Origin: a candidate division WOR-3 bacterium
GTDB taxonomy: Bacteria; Hydrothermota; Tepidihabitantia; Tepidihabitantales; DTDR01
Direction of reading: 5' to 3'
Assembly: GCA_039801885.1 (NCBI GenBank)
Contig: JBDRVN010000001.1
Coordinates: forward strand, 4,586-68,585
DNA length: 64,000 bases
Shown: piece by piece, positions 20,118-29,254 of the stretch
How the letters are laid out: each line of letters starts with the position of its first letter
How positions within the stretch are numbered: position 1 is the first letter of the stretch
Notes under the pieces: model-generated
Told to the model about the DNA's origin: nothing
The model's database searches: none
The model's input: the letters and a program-made list of their open reading frames with translations, nothing else
Program-made: the position numbers and the translations under genes

Positions 20118-20405
20118 ATGGCTTATTATATTTTATTAACAAAATTGACTGATGAAGGAAGAAAAACTTTGAAAGATTATCCACAGAGACTAAAGGAAGT
20201 AAACGAAGAAGTAGAAGAGATGGGAGCAAAGATTATTGCCCAGTACGCGATTCTTGGCGATTATGATTTTATTAATATTTTAGAAGCACCGGATAATGAA
20301 ACGATTGCTAAAATCTCCACCGAACTTGGTTCAAGAGGAACAATTCAAATAACTACTTATGGCGCAATTCCCATCGATGATTTTTTAAAAGCAATTAAAA
20401 AATAG
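20118..20405 (+). CDS. GYD domain protein
   Basis: 95 aa containing LGDYDFINILEAPDNE, characteristic of the GYD family; strong RBS (AAGGAGG). Confidence 0.7.
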   Translation: MAYYILLTKLTDEGRKTLKDYPQRLKEVNEEVEEMGAKIIAQYAILGDYDFINILEAPDNETIAKISTELGSRGTIQITTYGAIPIDDFLKAIKK

Positions 20406-20413
20406 GAGATTTT

Positions 20414-20953
20414 ATGATTTATTTTTTATTAATCAGTTTTATATTTAATCAGCAATTAATTTTAAACGGTAATTTTGAGGATAGTTTAAACTATTGGCAG
20501 ATTAGTAGAGGAACAGGAACTACTGATTTAAATGTATCTCCTTATCATCATCCCGACCCAGATAACGAAGTTTATCTCTACAAATATGATGCTGATTATA
20601 TAAAAATATTTCAAATAATTGAGATCCCTCATATTTATTTAAATTTTTCTTTTAGTGGTAAATTATTGGCAACCGAACTTAATCCTTCGGCTCCTTATTT
20701 TGCTTTTTCATCAATAATTTTAGAATATCTGGATGAAAACGAGAATTATCTTGGCCGCACAATGTTTATTTATAAGACTCCGCATTGTTCTTTGACTAAT
20801 ACCTCTAATCAACACCTTATTGAAATTACCGATACTCTTTGGGACGATTATAATTTAAATATTTTTGAAGAATTTGCCAATTTACCAGCAATAAATCCTT
20901 TTGCGGTCAAAAAAATAAAAGTTGTTCTTTTTGATTCCACAAATGGTTGTTGA
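20414..20953 (+). CDS. Secreted protein N-terminal segment (signal peptide plus putative carbohydrate-binding-like domain), ending at an in-frame TGA; likely the 5' part of a longer gene
   Basis: Signal peptide MIYFLLISFIFNQQLI. The same reading frame continues after TGA at 20951-20953 into the 21098 ORF. Confidence 0.5.
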   Translation: MIYFLLISFIFNQQLILNGNFEDSLNYWQISRGTGTTDLNVSPYHHPDPDNEVYLYKYDADYIKIFQIIEIPHIYLNFSFSGKLLATELNPSAPYFAFSSIILEYLDENENYLGRTMFIYKTPHCSLTNTSNQHLIEITDTLWDDYNLNIFEEFANLPAINPFAVKKIKVVLFDSTNGC

Positions 20954-21097
20954 GCAGGTCACTGTTGGGCGAAGGTCTTCGCCGACGATATTTCTTTAAT
21001 TCCAGTTTTTGGCGTTGTTGCTTATCGTTGGTTAATTGATGATAATCCACCGAGAGGTAACGGTGACGGAATTATTAATCCTGGTGAAGAGATAAAT

Positions 21098-22654
21098 TTG
21101 CCTATTTGGGTAAGAAATTATTCTTCAAGACAAGTTAATAATATTATTGGTAAACTTAACTTACAATTTCCTGATCCGAATGTTACTTTAATTGATAGTG
21201 TAAAGAATTTTGGTAATATTTTACCCCAGGATTCAGCATTTACTGGTGAGGAAGGATATCTTTTCCAAGTAGCAAATAATTGTACTAATGGCTATCGAAT
21301 TAATTTTATTTTAAAATGTGAAGACGAACTTGATAGTTTTTGGCTTTCTTCTGTTTATTTAAAAGTGGGAACTGCTCTTTTTAGAACCGGAATTGTTTAT
21401 GCCTTGGATACACCACCGGGAAATAATAACCGAAGATTAGACCCGGGTGAAGAATGTGCGATTGCTATTCAGTTAAGAAATATTGGCTACGGAAATGGCT
21501 ATAATATTTATACAATTCTAAAATCAGCCGATACCAGTTTGAGAATAATCGATTCAATTGGTATTTACGGAAATATTCCGGCCGGTGAAAGCAGTATGAA
21601 TTTATCTAACCTTTATTATGTTTATGCTAGTCCAAGAATTATTCCTGAAACACCTATACCTTGTACTTTGAAAATTTATGGTGATAATTTTTCTCAAATT
21701 CTACCATTTATTATTACGGTTGGTGAATTAAGACCTTGCGATCCAGTAACCGATGGTTTTTATTGGGTTTATGAAGATATTGATACTTTCTATTCGGAAT
21801 GTCCAAATTATGAATGGGTTGAAATAAGAGGTCAAGGCGTGCGTTTAAATTTAGGAGATGATGAAACATCGGTAATTGATTTACCAGGTTACTTTGGGTT
21901 AATTAAATATTACGATACCTATTATAATCAAATATCTATTTGTTCTAATGGTTGGGCAGCAATTGGTTATACTACGAGAGCTGATTATTCCAACACTCCT
22001 TTACCTTCCCAAATACCAAATCAACTTGCTTGTTCTTGGGATGATTATTATCCACCAATCGGTGGCGGTATTTGGTATTATTTTGACTCTTTAAATCATC
22101 GGTTAATTATTGAATGGGATTCTGTCCATTATTTCTCACCAAGAGACCAGTGGGATAAATTTCAGATTATTATTTATGATACAACTGTAAGAACAATTAA
22201 TGGTAATAATGTTATCTTTTTCCAATATTATTCTAATAATTACTATCTCTCTAATACTGTTGGTTTTCAAAATCTAACAGGGACTTCTTTTATTAACATT
22301 CTTTATAACACTCAAATTTCTCGAGGTTTTGATAGTTTAAGACAAGGAAGAGCAATTAAAATTACTCCTAACCCTCCTCAGGTATCAATTGAAGAATCTT
22401 CTAATAAAGAAATAATAAGAAAAACAATTATTTCCCAAAAGAAAAAGATAAAATTCTACTCGCAAAAAGATAAAGAATATACTATTTTTATTTACAATCT
22501 TAATGGTCAGTTAATAAAAAAAGAAAATAAATATTTTAAAAAAGGTTGGCAAACCTATAATATTGATAAAAAACTACCAAAAGGCATCTATCTTATCTTT
22601 TTAAAAACTACTGATGAAAAAATCTCAAAATTTAAAATCCTAATGATTGAATAA
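21098..22654 (+). CDS. T9SS C-terminal-domain cargo protein (unknown function); probably the continuation of 20414-20953 through the in-frame TGA
   Basis: It has no start codon or signal peptide of its own (the ORF track used TTG). The C-terminus KGIYLIFLKTTDEKISKFKILMIE is a T9SS type-A sorting domain. The open frame extends upstream to the TGA at 20951. Confidence 0.55.
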   Translation: MPIWVRNYSSRQVNNIIGKLNLQFPDPNVTLIDSVKNFGNILPQDSAFTGEEGYLFQVANNCTNGYRINFILKCEDELDSFWLSSVYLKVGTALFRTGIVYALDTPPGNNNRRLDPGEECAIAIQLRNIGYGNGYNIYTILKSADTSLRIIDSIGIYGNIPAGESSMNLSNLYYVYASPRIIPETPIPCTLKIYGDNFSQILPFIITVGELRPCDPVTDGFYWVYEDIDTFYSECPNYEWVEIRGQGVRLNLGDDETSVIDLPGYFGLIKYYDTYYNQISICSNGWAAIGYTTRADYSNTPLPSQIPNQLACSWDDYYPPIGGGIWYYFDSLNHRLIIEWDSVHYFSPRDQWDKFQIIIYDTTVRTINGNNVIFFQYYSNNYYLSNTVGFQNLTGTSFINILYNTQISRGFDSLRQGRAIKITPNPPQVSIEESSNKEIIRKTIISQKKKIKFYSQKDKEYTIFIYNLNGQLIKKENKYFKKGWQTYNIDKKLPKGIYLIFLKTTDEKISKFKILMIE

Positions 22655-23961
22655 TGGAAGAAACAAATAAGACAAAAGAATTATTAAAAGCAATAAAAGA
22701 TGGGAGGATTGATGAAATCCTTGCAAATATTAGTTATTCTGACATACCGATTTTAGAAAAAGTTGGTGTTCTTCTCAATATCTATTCCGATCCCAATTAT
22801 GCCAAAAAGATATTTGAAAGAATTCTTGATTTAGACCCAGAAAATCTTTCGGCAAAATATTCATTAGGTTTTGCCTATTTTCGGTTAGAAGATTGGAACA
22901 AAGCCCTTTTCTATTTTCAAGAAGTTCTAAAAAAAGACCCAACCAATAGCCCCTGCTGGCAGGAAGTAGGAATAATTCAAATGAAAATAGGAGAATATGA
23001 AAAGGCATTAGAATCTTTTCACAAAGCGATTGAATATTCGCCTTTTGATGCCCTTCCTTATTTTCAATTAGCTAAAGTTTCTTCCCAATTACAAAATTAT
23101 GGAGAGGCTTTAGAATATATTAACAAAGCAATTGAATTAAGACCAAAAGATATAAAAATCATTAAAGAAAAAGCGAATATTTTAATTAATTTACAAAAAT
23201 ATGAAGAAGCCCTTGCTCTTTTACAAGAAATAATCGAAGAAAACCCTAACGATTTGGATGCACTCTTAAATATCAGTTTTATCTTTTGTCAACTTAAAAA
23301 ATATGATTTAGCATTAAAGTTTGTTAACCAAGCAGTAAAATTAGCACCAAACGATTCAAAGGTATTGGTGACAAAGGGATATATTTTAGGTAAATTAGGA
23401 AGAATAAAAGAGGAACTAAAATATTATGAAAGAGCAACAATAATAAATCCCAATGATTGGCAAGCCCATTTTAACCAAGGTGTTTTATATTACGAACTTC
23501 AAGAAAAAGAAAAGGCATTAGAATCTTTTGAAAGGGCATTAAAATTAAACCCCGATTCTTCTGAGGTTCATCATAATATAGGAATTTTATATTTAGAGAA
23601 AAAAGAAGGAGAAAAGGCGTACTATCACTTATTAAAAGCCGTTCAACTAAATCCAAAGATTGGTAATTATTGGTATTCCTTAGGATTGCTTTATTTAGAA
23701 ACTGGGGATGCCAAAACTGCTTCCCAATGTTTTGATGAAGGTTTAAAATATGACCTCAATTCCTATTTATTATTTTCTGGTAAAGCATTAGCATTAAAAG
23801 AAATGAATCGCTTAGAAGAAGCATTAAGGTTTATTAATGAAGCAATTACAATTAATCCTAACTACTTCCAATTGTGGTATGATAAAGGCGAAATCCTTGA
23901 AAAAATGGGAAGAAAAGAAGAAGCCCAAGAATGTTTTAAAAAAGGAAAGGAATTGGTATAA
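22654..23961 (+). CDS. Tetratricopeptide (TPR) repeat protein
   Basis: About ten 34-aa TPR repeats (AxxxYxxA...P pattern) across 435 aa. Confidence 0.8.
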   Translation: MEETNKTKELLKAIKDGRIDEILANISYSDIPILEKVGVLLNIYSDPNYAKKIFERILDLDPENLSAKYSLGFAYFRLEDWNKALFYFQEVLKKDPTNSPCWQEVGIIQMKIGEYEKALESFHKAIEYSPFDALPYFQLAKVSSQLQNYGEALEYINKAIELRPKDIKIIKEKANILINLQKYEEALALLQEIIEENPNDLDALLNISFIFCQLKKYDLALKFVNQAVKLAPNDSKVLVTKGYILGKLGRIKEELKYYERATIINPNDWQAHFNQGVLYYELQEKEKALESFERALKLNPDSSEVHHNIGILYLEKKEGEKAYYHLLKAVQLNPKIGNYWYSLGLLYLETGDAKTASQCFDEGLKYDLNSYLLFSGKALALKEMNRLEEALRFINEAITINPNYFQLWYDKGEILEKMGRKEEAQECFKKGKELV

Positions 23962-24249
23962 TTTATATCTTGACAATAGTTGCTTTTTCAGTGGTATCGA
24001 ATACAAATTATTTTTAAAGAGATTTGTTATAAAGATAGGAACGTATCCCCTCTGTCTTTTTGTTTGTCTTAGCAAGTGTTTTATCCATAATCTTAATTAT
24101 TATCTTAGTGTAGAACTTTTTAGATATATTAATTATATTAATATTGAACTTTTGAAGTTATTTATTAAACAACTTTATAAGTGTCTTATTAGAGAATAAC
24201 TTAATTTTACCGATAATAATATTTTTTATATTAACTGCCAGGGAAGTTA

Positions 24250-24915
24250 TTATATATCATATATCCCATAATCTATTTTCTTTTTTCTTTTTCTAAAAAA
24301 TAGACCCATTATTAGACCAATAACAAAACCTCCAATATGGGCTGACCAAGCAACACCGGAAATTCCCATTGAACTATATAATAATTGTAATAGAATCCAT
24401 ATACCCAGGAAAAGGAAGGCAGGAACCAAAGCAATTCTTAGAAAGAAACCAATTGGTATTAACGTTAATATCCGAGCATTAGGAAATAAAATTAAATAAG
24501 CACCAAGAACACCGGAGATCGCACCAGAAGCACCAATCATTGGAACTTGGGAATATGGATTTCTTAAAATATGAAGAAAAGAACCTGCTAAACCGCTTAA
24601 AAAATACATAACAAAAAACCAAAAATGACCCAATATATCCTCAACATTATCACCAAATACCCATAAATAAAGCATATTACCAAGAATATGGATAAAATTA
24701 CCATGTAAAAACATTCCAGTAAATAAAGTAAGAAGTCTTTCACCGTTAATTATCGAAACTGGAATTATCCCATATTCTAAAATAAAATCTCTTAAATAAG
24801 TGCCCAGTGTTAATTCATATAGAAATATTAAAACATTAATTATTAAAATTAAATAAACAAAAATAGGTCTCTTTAATGAAGGAATATCATCTCTTAATGG
24901 TATCATCTTTTTCAA
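24250..24915 (-). CDS. Rhomboid-family intramembrane serine protease
   Basis: Six TM segments, a GASGAISGVLGAY catalytic Ser motif, and a downstream AHIGGF His motif; 221 aa. Confidence 0.8.
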   Translation of the reverse strand: MKKMIPLRDDIPSLKRPIFVYLILIINVLIFLYELTLGTYLRDFILEYGIIPVSIINGERLLTLFTGMFLHGNFIHILGNMLYLWVFGDNVEDILGHFWFFVMYFLSGLAGSFLHILRNPYSQVPMIGASGAISGVLGAYLILFPNARILTLIPIGFFLRIALVPAFLFLGIWILLQLLYSSMGISGVAWSAHIGGFVIGLIMGLFFRKRKKKIDYGIYDI

Positions 24916-25375
24916 TTAACACAACACAAAAACAACTTACCACATCTTTAAAGTTAAACCCTTCCCAGGTCTTTGCTTTAATTCCGATATTTTCTTTATT
25001 TACATTTAGGATTTTTAAAATATTTTCTTTCATCTTGGAAATATAGGGCATAATCTTTGGTCTATCAATTATAATAACCGCATCAATATTTCTTATTTTA
25101 TAACCTTTCTTTTTCACCTTTTTGTAAACTTCTTTTAAAATAATTGAAGAAGAAAGCCCTTTTATCTTTTCATCGGTATCTGGAAAATAATACCCAATAT
25201 CGTATTCACCGATTGAACCTAAAAGGGCGTCACTTAAAGCATGAAAAAGTATATCAGCATCGGAATGGCCGGATAATCCATAAGAAAAAGGAATCTTAAC
25301 ACCACCAATTATTAACTTTCTTTTCTTTCTTAATGGATGGGAATCAAAACCTAAACCAATTCTTATCTCTTTCAC
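24887..25375 (-). CDS. ispF: 2-C-methyl-D-erythritol 2,4-cyclodiphosphate synthase
   Basis: IGLGFDSHPL...GHSDADILFHALSDALLGS matches the IspF metal-binding motifs; 162 aa. Confidence 0.85.
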   Translation of the reverse strand: MKEIRIGLGFDSHPLRKKRKLIIGGVKIPFSYGLSGHSDADILFHALSDALLGSIGEYDIGYYFPDTDEKIKGLSSSIILKEVYKKVKKKGYKIRNIDAVIIIDRPKIMPYISKMKENILKILNVNKENIGIKAKTWEGFNFKDVVSCFCVVLIEKDDTIKR

Positions 25376-26403
25376 ATAATTATCAACTTAAATAGGTCTT
25401 CTTTTCCTTTACTTTTTATTCTTAGATAGTAAATTCCTTTTTGGTATTTTTTATTATCTAAAATGATTTTTTCCTTTATGTTTTTTTTATAAAGAATTTG
25501 GCCAACAGTATTAGTTAAAATAACTTCACTTTCTTGTTCTTTAAGATCAATCATCAAGCAATTTCGCCAAAGAATAGTCCTATTTTTTTCATTGTTTTTT
25601 TCAAAAATTCCGGTAAAAATATCTTTCAAATAAACATTTGAATTTCTTTTTAGTTCAGCAAGCAAAATCCATATACCGAAGTTAAACCACATTCTTTCAA
25701 GAATATTAGTACTATCTTTTACCAGCCAAAGAGAATCTTTATACCACATAATATCATTAATTCTCATTGTATCTCGCCAAAGAAAATCCATATAAACACC
25801 AGCGGTTCTCATTATTGTATAGTTTCTTATTTTATAAGCATTAGGAATTAAACCATAAGGAGTTTGGACATTCTCTATATTAATTACCCGAGAAGAATCA
25901 GAAATAAAAGTAATCGTATCGTTTGGTATCCCTTCGCCATCTATATCCAAAATATATCTTCCGCCACTTAAACCCAATCGCCAGAAAAGATTTATTGAAA
26001 AAGGTGTTTTATAAAGAGTTTCTTGGATAATTGTGTCAAATAAAGCACCTATCAAACATAAATATGGTCCATATTCAAAAAGGGTATCATAATATTCTTG
26101 AATTTTTCTTTGAAGAAATTTATTTTGAGAAAAAATATTAGGAGATAGATATTTAATTTTTAAACTTTCCGGATAAAAAGTTTTCCTAATATAAGCCGTA
26201 TTTCCTTGCCATAAAGTCTCCTTTACTATTGATTCACTAATTATCCCATCATAAAAATAAATTTCGGTTGTCTCCGAAGGGAAAAATTGCGTTATTGTTT
26301 CACAAATGGAAAAAGTATCTAACGCCCATTTACCTTGAAAAACACCTAAATAAGAACCTACCGGCCCATTAAAGTTAATTAAAAAAACAATCAAATATAC
26401 CAT
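25372..26403 (-). CDS. Secreted protein of unknown function with a T9SS C-terminal domain
   Basis: An N-terminal hydrophobic segment and a C-terminus KGIYYLRIKSKGKEDLFKLIIM (T9SS CTD-like). Confidence 0.5.
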   Translation of the reverse strand: MVYLIVFLINFNGPVGSYLGVFQGKWALDTFSICETITQFFPSETTEIYFYDGIISESIVKETLWQGNTAYIRKTFYPESLKIKYLSPNIFSQNKFLQRKIQEYYDTLFEYGPYLCLIGALFDTIIQETLYKTPFSINLFWRLGLSGGRYILDIDGEGIPNDTITFISDSSRVINIENVQTPYGLIPNAYKIRNYTIMRTAGVYMDFLWRDTMRINDIMWYKDSLWLVKDSTNILERMWFNFGIWILLAELKRNSNVYLKDIFTGIFEKNNEKNRTILWRNCLMIDLKEQESEVILTNTVGQILYKKNIKEKIILDNKKYQKGIYYLRIKSKGKEDLFKLIIM

Positions 26404-26453
26404 CGTTTCCTCCTTGTTTATTTCCTTAATTATAAAAATTTATAAATTTTTTG

Positions 26454-27809
26454 TCAATAAACAATAAGTTTGTAAGTCTTTTTGTTCTTTTCTAAAAGGA
26501 TAAAATAGATACCTGGTGAAATACTTCTTATTGCTTCCAACTTTTTGACCTTTGATCTCTTTATTAAATTTCCTGAGACATCATAAATTGATATATTGTC
26601 ATTAATAGAAATATTGAAAGGAATTCCCGATTTCCATATTGAAGGAATAACCGTGCCTTTATTATCAAATTTTTTTATCTTTTCTTCTTCAATTGCTAAT
26701 ATTCTCTCCAATACTTGTTCTGCCCAAAAACAACGCAAGGCAAGTTGAGAAGTATCCCGATTTTGAGGACCTTGGCTAGAATCTCCATAAGGTGAACCAA
26801 TAACAGCAAAATATAAAGTTATCATTGAATCGGGTAAAATTTCAAAAGGACCGCAAGAAAATAAACCTCTTTTATCTCCAGGTGTTTCATCAATTGAATC
26901 ATAAGGTTCATATTCTCCGGTTAAATGATTATAACCTAATAATGTCAAATATCTTGCTGGGTCTTCGACCGGATCCTCTTCGATTGTCCATTTCTTAAAA
27001 GCAGTAAGATTTAAATTATTTGGTGCTTTTAATAATCTAATAGCAACTGTTCCTGGTGTTCCTCTTTCCCATACCTCACTCGGTAATTCAATATTATTAT
27101 AATCGTAGAAAAATCCAACATTTTTTATTCTAAAAGTATCTGAACCAATTTGGAAAAGTTTATTAAGAATTAAACCCGCCATATCATCATAGTAAATACC
27201 AATATCGGCATCAATTATTATTCCCAAATAAACAGAATTTAATCCAAAACCTGATGAATTTATCAGTTGGTATTTTAAGATAAATATATCCTGAGCAATT
27301 GAATCAGAAAAACCATAAACAGTTAAATAAACATCAATTCCTAAAGGTCTTCCTGTTGCCTGATGCTGTTGCGGATTGGAATCACAAAAACACATCCATA
27401 AATCCATTTGAGAGCGGGGCTCTTGGGGTGCTAAAGGAAAACGATTTCTTGGTGGTGGCCAATCACCAGGATACTTATAAATCCTATCGGAATCATTTAA
27501 AGGCTGTCGCCAATAACGACAAAGAGTCGGGTACATCTCAGTACTTCCGGAATTGATACAATAACTGAAGGTAACCAATGTTTCATTATTAACCACCGCT
27601 CCTATCCAAATTCCTGCTCCATAAATATAATAATTTCTTAATGGCTGTGGCCAGGTAGCACCCGCTTCCGGAATACCGCCACTTAAATCAACACCCCAAC
27701 GACCATCATTAGTAAAAGGACAACGCCAATGATTCAAATCAAACCATTCTGTATCATAAATACCAAAGGAAATTATCGGAAATATTAATATTATTAACAT
27801 TTTTTTCAT
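26454..27809 (-). CDS. Secreted protein of unknown function with a T9SS C-terminal domain (paralog of 32088-33257)
   Basis: Signal peptide MKKMLIILIFPIISFG and C-terminus PGIYFILLEKNKKTYKLIVY. The internal GIIIDADIG...DDMAG region resembles GIILDLDMAG in the 32088 ORF. Confidence 0.5.
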   Translation of the reverse strand: MKKMLIILIFPIISFGIYDTEWFDLNHWRCPFTNDGRWGVDLSGGIPEAGATWPQPLRNYYIYGAGIWIGAVVNNETLVTFSYCINSGSTEMYPTLCRYWRQPLNDSDRIYKYPGDWPPPRNRFPLAPQEPRSQMDLWMCFCDSNPQQHQATGRPLGIDVYLTVYGFSDSIAQDIFILKYQLINSSGFGLNSVYLGIIIDADIGIYYDDMAGLILNKLFQIGSDTFRIKNVGFFYDYNNIELPSEVWERGTPGTVAIRLLKAPNNLNLTAFKKWTIEEDPVEDPARYLTLLGYNHLTGEYEPYDSIDETPGDKRGLFSCGPFEILPDSMITLYFAVIGSPYGDSSQGPQNRDTSQLALRCFWAEQVLERILAIEEEKIKKFDNKGTVIPSIWKSGIPFNISINDNISIYDVSGNLIKRSKVKKLEAIRSISPGIYFILLEKNKKTYKLIVY

Positions 27810-27877
27810 AGCTTCCTCCTTGTAAACACTAAAAAATTATATACTTGATTTTATAAAAAGTCAAGTTATAATATTTT

Positions 27878-29254
27878 ATGAGTGATTTGATAATTATTGG
27901 TGCTGGTCCGGGTGGCTATGTGGCAGCAATTCGGGCTTCCCAGCTTAATAAAAAAGTAATTTTGATTGAAGAAAAAGAAGTGGGCGGTGTCTGTTTAAAT
28001 TCCGGTTGTATTCCAACAAAAAGTTTATTACATTTGGTAAAGGTATTAGAAGAAAGTAAAAACCTAAAAAATTACGGTATTGAATTTTCTTTAAATAAAA
28101 TTGATATCAAAAAAATAAGAGAATTCAAAGATAGGGTTATTTTAAGATTAAGGAAAGGAATTGAATTTCTTTTAAATAAATATAATATTGAATTGATAAA
28201 AGATAAGGCAGTTTTTGAAAGTGAGAAAGAAGTGAGATTATTAAAAAGTAATAAAAAAATAAAAGGGGAAAAATTTATTATTGCTACCGGTTCAAAGCCA
28301 TTTTTTATTAAAAATTTCAAAGAAAACAACGAAGTTATTTGGACATCGGAAGAGGCATTAAATTTTGAGAAGATACCGGAAAAATTATTAATAATCGGTG
28401 CCGGAGTTATTGGTTTAGAATTGGGAACAATTTATTCTTCTTTTGGCTCAAAAGTTATCTTCGTTGAAATCACAAACCAAATTTTGCCGGGCGTTGATTT
28501 GGAAATTGCCAATTATTTAAAAAATCTTTTAGAGAGAAAGGGATTTATCTTTTATTTAAATTCAATCTTAAAAGAGATAGATATAAATAAAAGAAAAGCA
28601 AAAATTGAGACAAAAGAGAAAGGCGAAATTGAGGTTGATTTTGATAATATTTTATTAGCAGTGGGCAGAAAACCAAGGAGTGATGAGTTAAATTTAAATA
28701 ATCTTCTTTTAGATAATTTTGGTTATATAAAAACTGATAAAAAAATGATGACAAATATTTCAGAAATTTATGCTGTTGGTGATATTAGAAAACCTCCTTT
28801 ACTTGCTCATAAAGCAATGTATGAAGGAAAAAAGGTTATTGAAATAATCTTTCAAGATATTGAAGAAGAAGAAGTCTTTATTCCTAATTGTATTTATACT
28901 GAACCGGAAATTGCAACAATTGGTATGAATGAAGAAGAAGCAAAAAATAAGGGATTAGAAATTACTATTTCCAAAATTCCTTTATCAGTAATTGGTCGCT
29001 CTTTAACGATGGGAAAAAGTGAAGGCTTTGGAAAGATAATTTATGAAAAAAATAAAAAAGAAATTTTAGGTATTCATCTTATCATGCCTAATGCCTCAGA
29101 GATTATTGGTGAAGGAAGTATTTTCTTAAATTTGAAATTAAACTTAGAAAAAATAAAAAATGTTATTCATCCCCATCCAACATTATCGGAGATTATCGAA
29201 GAGATTTTTTTATCCGTAATAAAAGAAGCAATTCACACTTTACCTTATGGATAA
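27878..29254 (+). CDS. lpdA: Dihydrolipoyl dehydrogenase
   Basis: GAGPGGYVAAIRA...GGVCLNSGCIPTK has the FAD-binding fold and redox-active CxxxxC disulfide; 458 aa, with a C-terminal HPHPTLSE interface motif. Confidence 0.85.
   Translation: MSDLIIIGAGPGGYVAAIRASQLNKKVILIEEKEVGGVCLNSGCIPTKSLLHLVKVLEESKNLKNYGIEFSLNKIDIKKIREFKDRVILRLRKGIEFLLNKYNIELIKDKAVFESEKEVRLLKSNKKIKGEKFIIATGSKPFFIKNFKENNEVIWTSEEALNFEKIPEKLLIIGAGVIGLELGTIYSSFGSKVIFVEITNQILPGVDLEIANYLKNLLERKGFIFYLNSILKEIDINKRKAKIETKEKGEIEVDFDNILLAVGRKPRSDELNLNNLLLDNFGYIKTDKKMMTNISEIYAVGDIRKPPLLAHKAMYEGKKVIEIIFQDIEEEEVFIPNCIYTEPEIATIGMNEEEAKNKGLEITISKIPLSVIGRSLTMGKSEGFGKIIYEKNKKEILGIHLIMPNASEIIGEGSIFLNLKLNLEKIKNVIHPHPTLSEIIEEIFLSVIKEAIHTLPYG

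Noticed and set aside
20951-20953. Alternative genetic code (UGA as sense: code 4 or 25) to explain the in-frame TGA
   Set aside because: TGA is used as a genuine stop elsewhere (for example the 11351-11629 gene ends in TGA overlapping the next gene's ATG), and all other long ORFs are TGA-free. A global recoding is therefore not supported. Only local Sec recoding or a pseudogene remain plausible.
23824-24199. ORFs 23824-24075(-) and 23837-24199(+) in the TPR/rhomboid convergent gap
   Set aside because: They overlap each other and the end of the TPR gene and are very AT-rich and low-complexity (FFKxF-type), with no RBS. They are more likely terminator or spacer sequence carrying the GC-rich motif reported above.
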